The notes under the pieces are model-generated. The model was given only the letters and a program-made list of their open reading frames with translations. It had not been told where the DNA came from and made no database searches. The position numbers were made by a program, and so were the translations under genes. A stretch of DNA of 59,281 bases, filler included, from Platydemus manokwari (Eukaryota), in NCBI GenBank assembly GCA_037951405.1. It is 5 parts of 5 records of this genome, joined end to end, with 100 filler letters (N's around TTAATTAATTAA, not from the genome) between each part and the next. Parts side by side here need not be neighbours in the genome. Positions count along the whole stretch, not along the records: positions 24,782 to 38,649 come from JBBMOY011553633.1; 4 more parts are not named here. One strand, 5' to 3'. Of this stretch, positions 26,249-38,749 are shown in pieces (positions within the stretch are counted from its first letter, which is position 1; each line of letters begins with the position of its first letter).

Positions 26249-26319
26249 ACCATATAAATTACAATGCTATAAACCCATATGAAATCCATATGGGTATATA
26301 GCATTGTAACTTATATGGT
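26249..26319. repeat. Near-perfect 71-nt hairpin (33-bp arms, 2 mismatches, 5-nt loop)
   Basis: accatataaattacaatgctataaacccatatg-aaatc-catatgggtatatagcattgtaacttatatggt. Confidence 0.92.
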
Positions 26320-27369
26320 TATGCACTACGATTTCATAAAACTAACTCAAAAGTCAAAGCACCAAATTATATTTAAACCATGATTATTTAAACAAATTTA
26401 GATTCCATAAACATATGATTTTAAAATCTTTCAAATATAATTCAGTTTCAAATTCTCACATAATCAAAAGTAAAATGTAGCAAAACAATATAAATGTATA
26501 ATTAGAGCCAACCACTCATTTTTTGAAAGCCATTGCATTCCGATTTAAAAGGCACACCACTCACACAGATAATAGAAATAGTCGTTAATAGTAGCACTCA
26601 ATGTTAGATGAATTAGAGTAATAGATGACGTTAAAGCAAGAGTTTTAAGCGCAGCATTTGGAGTGTTTGTAATAGTAATTATGTTAATAATAATAATGCT
26701 AATAATAGTATTTTTTTGTTAATAGCTGTAGATGTTATAATATCGATAGTTATAGCAGTTGGCATAGAAGTAGTAAAAGTACTCCTAAAAATATTTTCCA
26801 TAAAACAGCATTATACTACGTAATTGATAAAAATGTCTATTGGTGTGGTCTTTGGGTCCAATATTACTAATGGAATTAAATTGAAACTAGAAAATTTAAA
26901 ATTCTACTGATACTGAAGAAAATAAAAATTGATAAACTCAGTTTCTTATATCGGCTTCGCCTAGCTATAGGTAGTCCTTACATCGTCATATATACTTGAA
27001 GTTTGCTTGTGTTAATTATATATTCTATTTCTCCAAATCCATTGAGTCTATCGATTTTCCACGACCGGAATTGTTCAATCCCTGTGGATGTGTTGTTGTG
27101 TAATATTGTCCTTTTACCGAATCGAAACTTTCGATTTACGCCTTCTCCAATTGGCTGACTATTATATCTGTATAGTCATGCATATGTGCAAAGCACCAAA
27201 ACGGAGTTCCAAGGTACCAATATTCTACTTTTTATGAAAATCATCTTTACTCAACAATATATATAGGAAAGTGTGTGTTTTGCATTCTATAATTTAATGA
27301 TATTATAGTGATGATAATTCAACTATCATTATTATGTTATAACTTATTTTGATATTTATTTATATTTAG

Positions 27370-30147
27370 CTATATGCAATGATACACTTTGGAAATTTGA
27401 GAGATGTCTTCGACAGCTTAGAAATTCTTATTTTGATGTTTTCAGCTATCTCTCACGATTTAGATCATCCTGGATTGAACAATGCATTTCAAGTTATTCA
27501 ATGTTTTTCCATAATATATTCTCTTGAACAAATTATTATTCACGATTCATTTTGTTTACTTTTCTAGATAAATGCAAGAACCTGTCTCGCACAACGATAT
27601 AATGACCAGTCACCATTGGAAAATCATCATTGTGCAATGGCTTTTCAAATTTTAGAAGATAAAGATAAAAATATTTTGAAACACTTATCTGAAAAGCAAT
27701 TCAAAAAGTTGCGTGAAGTTTCCATCAAGTTAAATTAAATATTTCGTCGAGAAGGTTTATTATTAATATATTCATCAGATGCATTTTATCCACTGACATG
27801 ACAAAGCACGCTGATATTGTGACAGAGTTCAGAAATCTGTTACCGAAACTCGATCTGATCAATGATTCGTCGCATCGTTTCATGCTCATGGTGGTGATTA
27901 TAAAATTATGTGACATATCTAATGAAGCCCGACCACAGCATATTGCTGAACCGTGGCTCGAATGTTTATTAGAGGAATTTTTTCAGCAGGTTTGTTTTTT
28001 CGTTTTAATAATTTAATTAATTGTGATATTGCTTTCAAAGATTTCATTTTTTCTAACCCTTAAACTCATTGAACAAATTGTAACCCCGTATCATGTAGTC
28101 AATGACAAATCATCAATAATTACGATGATGCTCCATATGAGGAGAAATAAACCATGAAATCGTGATAAATCCTATTCTTTATGCTTGGTCAATTTTTAAA
28201 TTAATGATACTTTTGGCCGAGCTACTAATCTGTGCCTGATGTGGATTATTCGCTTGGAAACATAAGAGATTCCAAGAAAGCTAGATTTTTTTCCTTTTTC
28301 TCTCAATCATTTATAACAACTAAAATCGTCTCACTAAAATTAAATCTATAATGATCTTTAATTTGTAATAATATTTATGAAATATATTCAATTACCATCA
28401 CAAAATAGACACTGTTCATAGTTATCTTAAACGTTAGTCAGACATGTTTTTCGTAGATTTATCTTATATAGTTTAGACATGGGATTAAAACCCCCTGAAT
28501 ATAATAACTGAAAATAGTGAACGTCAAGAAAAATATTTCGATATATCCTACCACTTCAGGTTTTCACTGATATTTTAGTGAATATGTTTCGAAATCGGTA
28601 TCGAAAGCGTTAACAATTGCGTTTGTTATCGATGAAATAAACGATTTCACGTAAATGATTCCTTTGAAGTTTCGTGTGTATCTTGTGTTTAAGAAAATAT
28701 TTCTAAAAATAATTAATTAATGGTTTTTTACATTAAGGAGATAACAGATGAAAGCTGTTTTATAATGAAATGTGATTTAATCTTCTCGTATGTAATTTTG
28801 TTTTAATAATATCCTTGCGTGTATTTATTTGTTCATTCCATTAAGATAAGCTTACATTTCAATATGGCAATTCATTACTTCAAATGTAGAATGCACTTGA
28901 ATGCTTTCTATCTTATTTCAAATCCAACCCAACAGTGCCGGAATCACGGGAAAATTTTCTTTGATTAAATTCAAAGCAAGCCACTGTTGAAACCGCATAG
29001 TGGCTTGAGCCGACAAATCGGAATATATTTAAATATTTGGAAATGATTGATGTATAATATAAATCAAGGATTCCCATTGGAGTTAACATTGTCTCTTTAG
29101 AGGTGACTGGATTATGGAAAGTTATCAAAATAATCATAGAGATAAAATGGATTAGTGATAACTGTTAAATTCTAGTTTTGTTGTAAATTTTAAACTATGA
29201 TAGGAACAAGAGCTACCAATAGGAATTGTTAATTACTTACATTATATTAATCATTTCACTGTTAGTGGGCTTATCAATATCTGCTGTGTATTTGCGATGA
29301 CCAGCCATATGTGTTTACCAAATTTCAATATTTTATGACTGTAGGCACTTTTAAGTTGCTATTTGAGTTTCTCATTTGTGAATAAAGATAAACACGTGTC
29401 ATGCGCTTCAACATTTATTTTTCGGTTATTTTTAAAGTAATATAAATGTAAAGAGTCGAAATGAATTTTTCGATAATTAACAATAATAAATACTTGCGTA
29501 TAGCAATTAATTGAGTACCAAGAAATTTTTTTTCAATAATGATTCAGCATATCGTTTATATATTTTACAAATCTTTTTCAAATACTGAGATTCTAGTTAA
29601 TAAAAGAATATGATTTGTTGATTTGTTTTATCAATTTATTCAGAGTGATATCGAAAAACAAAAAGGATTGCCATTCGCTCCTTTCATGGATCGTGATAAA
29701 GTAACGAAATCAAACAGCCAATGTGGATTCATTAAATTTGTAATTATGCCTTTGTTTGAATTGTTTAGCGAATTATTTCCCACTGTAGAGGTAGAGTTAT
29801 TTGTTTAAACCATTACATGCTTCGTTTTTAAATTGATCTTGGTTTTGAAGGACATGTTATTGAAACCGGTCAAAACCCAGCTGGAATTCTACACCAAATT
29901 ACAAAATAAAACTGTAAATACCAATACGGATTCATTTTCAGGTCCATTGGCCATTCCTGCTATTGTGCCAGTTCGTAAGACATCGACAGGGTCCATTCCT
30001 TCCAGGAAATCCAGTCTCGGTTCCATATCAAGAAGACCTTCGTTTTCGGTTCTCGAAGGTGCTTTACCACCGGTTCGAAAAACTTCTACCGATTCGATTC
30101 CTTCACGAAAATCAAGTACTGGCTCAATGGTTGCAGCACATAGTTGA
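27370..30147 (+). CDS. PDE9A: cGMP phosphodiesterase PDE9-like, 3' exons only (27370-27492, 27568-27728, 27779-27989, 29644-29790, 29851-30147)
   Basis: Spliced peptide: [23 protein letters not shown]|[29 protein letters not shown]...[10 protein letters not shown]...[29 protein letters not shown]|[33 protein letters not shown]. The segments PLENHHC, DISNE.RP and [10 protein letters not shown] are PDE9-typical. The upstream exon with the first metal-binding histidines (F/YHN..H) was not found. Confidence 0.88.
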
Positions 30148-33100
30148 CCACATAGCAATTATATACTATTTATATAACCATGCTAATGGCATTTATAAAC
30201 ACTATTTGTTATTATTAACTACTTAAATCAAACGATTTTATTGACTATTTATTTATATATTGTCATGATCGAAATTTATTTATATGTATCTCGATTATCT
30301 GTCTATGTATGTCTTGTATCAATTACTTGTTGGATATAATATATTTTATTCATTTCTACTGAAATTACTTTCTTATTGCAAGTTTGCTTAGCTTGATATA
30401 ATTGCTAGAAAGATAATTATTCTAAATTTATAACTAGTTCATTATATTCTCGAATTAGTAGTTGGCAATTGTGAATATCATTAAATTCAAAAATTCTAAG
30501 TAATTCCCATTAATATAAATGATCATAAGAACTTTATGAGAACTATTTTATACATATTAGCGATTAATTAAGAATGATATTAAGATTTCAAGTAACGTGC
30601 AAAAATGGGATCCATTTTACAACATGCTGCGTGCGTACTTAGTTTTAGGAATTTATCTTTAGAAAAAACCGAATTTAATATAAATTTACACGTCGGTTTC
30701 GAGACGAGTTTAAATAAAGAAAAGTTTAATTTAATTATAATCCGTTTTTTCCACACACAAAAAACATGTAGATAATCATTATTTAATAGAATAGCTATTA
30801 ATACATCACAATAAATGATATCTCTGTTTTATCCCTATACATGTAAGCTCTCTTATAAATAGTTATTAACTAGAAAATGAGACAAATAATTGTATAAAAA
30901 TTAATTTTAAAACAGATGATATTTATTATTATTATGATATCAGACAAGAAATTTTGGTGAAGAAAATTTTATTTCAGTAATCAAATTTAAGTTTTGTTTT
31001 GAAATATCGAATAAAATTTTGTTTATTTAATTTCGATCAATCTTTTCATCAATCCAATTAAGTTGTGATAAATGAAATTTTAGTTTAGATGAAAACGATG
31101 TTATTTTCAAGTATTTTATAATTATTGAAAACTTTATTAAGTTCGTTTAGTTAATTTTTGAATAATAAATTGAAAATTGAGACAATTTCATAGCTGTGTG
31201 TATTGCAAGTAATTGCATATACAGATTTTCTTATAAAGTCTTTTTAGAAATGATTAACAACCTATAAAAATTACCAGTTTAAAAAACTGGGAAGCATGTT
31301 GGCAGGTAACGGTAAACTATTTGGAAACACATTTAAAATAGAAGCGTATATTTACTTTGATATTAAGCAGAAGTTATATTATCCTTGTGTTAAGTATTTA
31401 CTAACGCTGAATATTCAAAATTGATATTATAATCACATAAGAATAAAAGAATTTAAAAAGATTTAAAGTTAATGATTATGAAAGACGTGCAGTTGCTTAG
31501 ATGATTCTACTGTTTTCATAGACTTGACTTGTGTGTTCACCTGCTGTCTTATAGGTGTAAATGAACCAACAAACTTAATATTTCACCAGTTTTTCGAAAT
31601 CAATCATATTGTGCTGGTTAACTCGTCAATGCTAAATTGCCGAAGTTCCCACGAGGAAGTTTTTCGACCAATTAATGCAAGAAATATATGCCCCGTACAT
31701 GAATTGGAAGATCAAACATCTTCAATTTACTTCAAGGACACTAACACGAAAGCTAATATTGTGTAAAATCATATTGTCAATTTATAAATTGTCGCATATT
31801 CTTCCTATTTATAGAGTTAATCTCGAACCCTTAAAACATCAGTAGAGCATCCATGTTGAGCATATCAACCCACATTTTTCCAAAAATTTGTAAAATAATT
31901 TGTCTTTTTTATGTATACAGGTAAAGAAATTTAAATCAGTGCTAATTTGTCATAATTACAATGCTTTCTATATTAACACAGGTTTTCATAACAACTAGAT
32001 TGGTTTTGATATTGCGATTGGCAAGTGCCGTAAGAAATCATTACATTTTTTCATATTGTCATCCTAAATTTCATCTCACTATCTTTTACTAAAGCACAAT
32101 TGTGGTTGGAAATTAGAAAGACGAATAATAACAGCAATAAAATCATTGAGTTCACACACTTATTTAGTAAAACGACAGTGGAAGAATTGAGAGATAAAAT
32201 AAACGACCTTTGTTTAGTTTTCAAATGTCGAATGTTAATCAACATCATCTCGTCTTTGAACAAGCATTTGAAACGATCGAGGAGAAAGAATATCAAATTT
32301 TAAGGTATATAATCGAAGAAGTGATAAGACATTTACAGAGCCAATAGATGGTAGCAATAATAATAATTTATTATTATTATAAAATCAGTAATTAAGGGAT
32401 CCTAAAACTAACAATTCAATCAAATACCGCTTGAGTGTGATAAATTGTTTTAATTATTATTATTACTAATAATATCATTATTATTAATTATTGTTAGTAA
32501 TATTATTTATATTATTAATATTATTGTCATTATAAAAATAATGCCAGTGGGTTACGACTATGACACTCAGGATAAAAAAAAACTAATTCGTACTGATATT
32601 ATCGAAAAAAAATAATGTTATTCTTTCGTAAAATTAAATCTGCATTGTGCAAATATATAGCTAAGAATATAAAAAACGAGTTTTGAAAAATGATGATATG
32701 ACTTCAGAAACATAGAAATGAAATATAGAAATAGATAGTTATTGCAAGGTTTTATTTACTAAACATTTTCGGGAATTTAAAACATAATATGAAAAGCTAT
32801 TGGTAGACAATGTTGTGTTTTTAAATCATTTGTTACACCGTCGTCAAATATTTATTGGATAATACTGATACGCCTATTGTTGTCAGAATTGACCTTTTAT
32901 TAAATCGATTCATTGATTTATAAAAATAATTTCTTTTCAAGTGAAAGTAACTTTGTAATTACAGATTCGATTATAGAATTGGATCATTGCTTTTGGATTG
33001 GTTAAAAGATCCACTGACAGATCATTCTCATGCACTTTAAAACTCATCACTGTTCAGTACAGAATGTCGTATATTTCGATGTTACGTTTTATACATGTCT

Positions 33101-33762
33101 TCACATATTCGTTTATATCCATTGTCTCTTATCATCCAATATTTTCCTCATCAGCATCCAACGAAAACACAATTCATAGATGTTTTTATCATTAATCTCG
33201 ATGAATAACAATCTTTTTTTCTATAGAGAAAAATTACTTTTAAGGATTATTAATGCTTTACTAAGCAAGTTATGGGCTTGATAAATAGAATTTTAAAGGT
33301 TAAATGCAAGTTTCGATTATCTCGTACTATGCATTGTAAAAATTTTACTTAGGTATTATAAATTTATCTTCAGTAAAATAATGGTTTAATTCAGAGAAAT
33401 TAGTTCCTGTCTTACATTTTGTCTGTTCTTATTGAAAGAAAGTAAAATAATCAATGGTAGGAAATAAATTAAATTTTGTTTTTCAATTATATTTCGTTGA
33501 TATTTTATTTTTTTTAAAGCAATCTTCCAATTAGAAATACCACCAGTTTTCATTTATAACTCAAAATATGAACTCGGAGATAAAACATTGGTTTTATATT
33601 GATACTGGTAATGATAAACATAATTATTATTACGCTTATAATTAAAATGATATTGATAATTATAATTATAAGTATTATGCAATGGTTATAATTAATAACT
33701 CGTATTGAAATTTTATAATTATATTCATAATATTTTTTGAAGGGAATTTCATTTGCTTAGAG

Positions 33763-34491
33763 CGGGGGTTTTCAACCAGGGTTTCGCGGTACCATAGGGT
33801 TTCACCAGTACACACTAGGGGTTCCGCAATTTCCAAATTTCTAAATTAGAATAACGAACAAATAAATAACTTGTTAAATTCAATTTCAAAAATATTTATT
33901 ATTATTATTATTTCATTATTATTTTTATTATTATTTTTATTATCTTATTATTTATTGTTTAAATACACTAAATTTAACATAAATAAACTCGCTACATTTG
34001 AAATATTACTTTGTTCTACCACTATTAGGTCTGCCTTTATATATTTTGGTTGATGGTTGAAAAGGAATGTTTTGCAATTGCCCAGAAAGAACAACTTTTT
34101 CTTGTGCAATTGTCAACCTCATATTTGTGTGAATTTGGATTTTCAGGTCTGACAACCATCAAACACAAGAAACGAGCACCATTGCTGTCTGTGGAAGATG
34201 AACTTCCTGTGTGTCTGTTAAACATACGACCGAATCTTAAAGAGTTGTGCAAGAAACCCCAGGTTCAAATTTCCCACTGAGTTGTTGATCAGAATAAATT
34301 TAGTCTGTTCAAACATGTACAATTTTGTTTTCATTTTAACAACAAACATGTACAACACTCTGAACATAAATACTTTTATTTCATTTTAAAAAATAAAAGC
34401 TGTTTTCTGCATAAAACAATTAAATTATTGCACATTGGTTCATCCGTGTTTCCGTGCGGCTCCTCTCCAACAAAAAGGTTGAAAACCAAAG
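33763..34491 (+). mobile_element. Non-autonomous Buster/Charlie-type hAT element carrying the transposase C-terminus
   Basis: TIRs cgggggttttcaacc ... ggttgaaaaccaaag. The 8-bp TSD is gcttagag (33755-33762) / gtttagag (34492-34499), with a central TA. ORF 34050-34280, STSYLCEFGFSGLTTIKHKKR...EDELPVCLLNIRPNLKELCKKPQVQISH, is the hAT dimerisation/C-terminal signature. Confidence 0.92.
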
Positions 34492-37400
34492 GTTTAGAGA
34501 TAGATCAGATTTATTAAAAATTTAAAATCACATTTTTGTAATTTTAAAAAAGAGGATTGATTTCTCACAAACCTGAAGAATATTAATTAAACTTACTGAA
34601 TTTTTGATAAACTTAACATTATCAATAGTTCATTAACGGTAATATTTAATCCTTGTTGTAATCAGGTCAAGTGTCAAAAATATAAATATGTAATAGATGT
34701 AATTCGTTGATATTGTGTACTAATTACAAAAATGAAACTCTTTTACAATGAATTTGTTGTGGGTACACTACAAACAGAATTACCTCAGCAATTCGAACGT
34801 GTGGATGAAATGACATTTTCCACACCTTCGATTTGAACATTAACAATTATCTCATCAAGTTAAATCGAGTAATCATATTAATTGCGACACTCATTTTATT
34901 GGAAAAAAACCATCCATTCATAAAACTGTTCCATAAAGGGCAAAAAAATAATTTTTCTTAATCGATATGAGGGATTCTCCATCGGGTCGTTAAGCGAAAA
35001 CACTTTAATGCTAAATCAAATATTACCTAAAATTGTGAGTATGTAAATGAAATACAGCAATAACAATTTAGTAATTCCTATGAAAAGGTTTAATTTTCAT
35101 GTTGTACAAAAATTATTATTAAAAAAAAATGTAAACGAATATAAAAATTCGATTATTATTTTTTGTCTGATGTGCATTTTATTTTATTACCCATTTCTTT
35201 GCGCATCAGAGTGATGTGCACAATTTCATACACGCAATAGACGAATACACGGAAGGTTGCGATTTAATCCCCAACTTAATTTGATCCTTTCGGAAAATTT
35301 AGAGATGTAGATACTATATAGTTACAATTTAAATGATAAATAATCAGGGCTTATAAAACAAAATTTATGCAAACAAATTAATTCAAATATTTAATATATA
35401 TTATCAATTAAAATAAAATAATCAATTTCGTAATAGTAAAGATGTACATGTTAGTTATTTTTGATAATAAAAACCTTTAGGCAAAAGAATAGCCGTGGGT
35501 GGATTATAAAAATAGAATTTACTTATCATGGTTTTGTAATTAGATTAATAGTAAATATAATTGGATTTTCTTTAAATGAAAATATCTGACTTTTGATAAT
35601 CTGACAATTTCAGACAAAAATAATAATCCTCGAGATTAAAATTTTAACGATAATTCTTGTAATCTTAATATTTTCTAGTAGCAATGAGTGCAAATAGTGA
35701 ATGTAGGTGTTCGCTTATATACCCTTACTTCTGCCTTTTATAGCATTCTATTTCTAGTATCTTGTGTTACTATTTTTGGTATTTCTGATATATTTGTTAC
35801 TATTTTGGTGTTCCTGGTGCATTTGTCACGATATTTGCTATCACAGTTACTTATTATAACCTTAATTGCTATTCTATTTTTATACAAGATATAGTTTCCA
35901 TTTTCCGATTTTTTTAATTTTCTCTGTGCTTGGAATGACTTTAATGTCGGTTAATCAAATGAAAGCAAAACGACTTTTTTGTTTTGAAACAAATTTTTTA
36001 TTTAATCTAATTTTAAAATAATTTCTTAGACATTTATTTTTATTTTAGAGTAATTTATTTTTAAATCTAAAATTATTATACTTTAAATAATTCTCATATT
36101 TTTATTTATTTATTGACATTTAAATTTATACTTTCTCCTATTGTAAAAATTTCTTAATTTTTATATTTTTACTCTCCGCCTTGTGATAACCCAAGTATGC
36201 GAGTTTGAAATAATCAGGAAATTTAGCTTGGTGCAAAATATACTGTTACAATAGACTACATTCGACACTCGATAATAAATTGCGATTTATTTATGAAAAA
36301 ACAGAAATTCAGGATCACACAAAATCACATTTGTAATTTAAAATTCAAGGTCAATATTTTAACAATTGTCATTTTCAAATTTCATGCATTGAATTACAAT
36401 GCTAGGACTGATTGATTCCATGGATAGATAAGGTGTGTGTTTCTGATGTCTAATTAGAAATGCTTTCAATATCATAAACAATCATAAGTCATCAGATTTT
36501 TTAAATTTGATAAAAATATACCAAATGTAATTTTAAATTAAAACGATGCTAAAAGAACTTTCTATGTACTGTTTGCATTAAACAGTCTAAGTACGCTTAT
36601 CGAATTACATACTATATGTTTTTACATTCTATTCTAGTTATCTCAATATTTACACATCAATTAATACTGATGGTGCAGATTGCAGCATTGAACCTTTCAT
36701 TCCAATAAATCTGTGTAAAGTTATTTTTAAATATTTATAAATACGTAATTGGAAGTATAATTTAACAAAGACTAATTTCAATGATATTAAATTATACATA
36801 TTTTTTTAATTAGCTTTTTTATCTAATAAATCCTATATCATATAAATTAAATCTAGAAATTTATGTGGAATGAATTGTGATTAGATAAATTTTCATCTAC
36901 TACTTTAGATTTAAAATCAAAAATCGATAATATTAAAATTAATGTGATAACGCCATTAAGGAAATTCAACTGAAATAATCCATGTGCAGATATTTATTAG
37001 TTTCTACAAAATAACTTAGGAATTCGCCATGAAGAAAGAGTGGAGTCCTAATTTTGTAGAGTTCCCAAGTAAATTGTTAGAATTACGTTATCATTCAACA
37101 TGTTAGTGATTCATATACCGAAGGTCTGATAAAAAAAATCTGTTGAATTCTATAAGAAATTTATGAAGACGGACAAAAATTGGAATTAATTAAAGAAAAC
37201 TAATAAATTTAATTTCTCATGTTTAAGCTCTTAAGATTGGTTACGTTTTCTACAGTTAGAAAATCACTTAATAGTAAAAATTTATTTACTACCAACACTT
37301 AATTTTGTTGATATAACTTAGAAAGTTTAATCTCTCGAAGAATTGACAAGATTGAATCACAGTAAAGACTGTCGTAACTACAGAATTATCGATTATTTTT

Positions 37401-38096
37401 CTCATTTCAAGTAATTTATGTAAAATATGACCTTAATGCTTATAAATATTATTATTAACCTTAAAAGAATTCGTCAAACCTTCAAGTTTCATAAATTTTC
37501 TGAGGGTTCTCCAGCACATCATGAAAGCAATGTTCCTCTTCCAATAATGACAGGTTCTTCACCCTTAATTACCGATCATTCAATGATTCATCAGCAATTC
37601 ACCATTAAATTAAACCATCAAATTTTCGAAATTCATATAAATATGATTAATTATAATCAATAAAAACTTCAGAACTTTTGTTCAGGAACAAAAGATCATC
37701 ACTACATATAGTATAAGACACCCCAGACTAATTAAAGATTGTCAATAGGTTTATTGTCTCCATTACATAATTATTCATGTTCTCTGTTATTTTATTTGAC
37801 AATAAATTATTATTAAACTATTTATTTTATAGATCTTTGTGCTTAATCTAGTGGTATAAAATCAATCATTAAATATATACGAAAAATAATCAATGCTATA
37901 CATATGTAGCACTCACACATACAAATAATTCAGAACTATAATAAAGAACGAGCAGAAAATATATTTATATCTATGAATCTCTATATATTTGCTTATAATT
38001 CTTCCTTTATAATCTACATAAAAAAACCAATGATTTTATTAAAAAATGGTCTAGTGTCAAAAATTTACAAACTTTATTTTCAAAAAATTTAATGAT

Positions 38097-38290
38097 TTAT
38101 TGTTTTTTGGATTTTTCCATTTTTATCCTTCGAATTTTCTAAACATGAAATCAATTTTAATTATTTTTTCATAGAAATTGATCAATTAACTTCTGCATAT
38201 TGTTTCTTCTTCATTTGATTATCAATCTTCATTTTTTCAGCTTCTTTTCGTTGGTTCATTTTCTGAACTTCTTCCAAATTCTTCCACAAT
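38097..38290 (-). CDS. Last two exons (38290-38191, 38138-38097) of a gene ending in a probable ALMS motif (ALMS1/CEP295/FATS-like)
   Basis: An acceptor cgattag, a 52-nt GT-AG intron and an in-frame stop give LWKNLEEVQKMNQRKEAEKMKIDNQMKKKQYAE|KIRRIKMEKSKKQ*. This follows the ALMS-motif pattern R.Y..L.EV.....E.......N......(Y/F)..K at a protein C-terminus. Confidence 0.5.
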
Positions 38291-38649
38291 CTAATCGAAT
38301 CAAAAAATAAATCTTAATAATATAACATATAAAATAATTATGTAACAAAATATCACAATTCTCAATACAATATGATCTTGACAAGTTTAAAATAATAATA
38401 ATAATAGCATTAAACGGTGTTCTTATAATAGTTTCGCAACCATTTCTGCACATTAATATATGATAAGGACCTGAATTCATCATGTAATAAATTAGTTATT
38501 AGATTAAAAGAGGTTATATTGCTCAACAGTTCATTAAATAATTATAGCAGGTTTCAGCTAAACTCAAACTCCAACCCATGACCATTTCACTTACATTCAC
38601 TATCCCCATGCTTAACTGTTATATTTAGTTGGTTTATATACTAATAATG

Positions 38650-38749
38650 NNNNNNNNNNNNNNNNNNNNNNNNNNNNNNNNNNNNNNNNNNNNTTAATTA
38701 ATTAANNNNNNNNNNNNNNNNNNNNNNNNNNNNNNNNNNNNNNNNNNNN
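38650..38749. other. Assembly spacer (N44-TTAATTAATTAA-N44)
   Basis: Same 100-nt structure as at 10342. Confidence 0.97.

Noticed and set aside
28913-29137. Minus-strand ORF with ILDLYYT...GSSHYAV resembling a LINE endonuclease C-terminus, plus a 10-bp stem
   Set aside because: Too short and degenerate to support a call.
32100-32303. ORF KTTVEELRDKI...SLNKHLKR resembling a Tc1 transposase C-terminus
   Set aside because: No upstream SPDL/E motif or TIR found.
37020-37663. Possible chain of small plus-strand exons
   Set aside because: They could not be spliced into one consistent open frame, and no domain was recognised.
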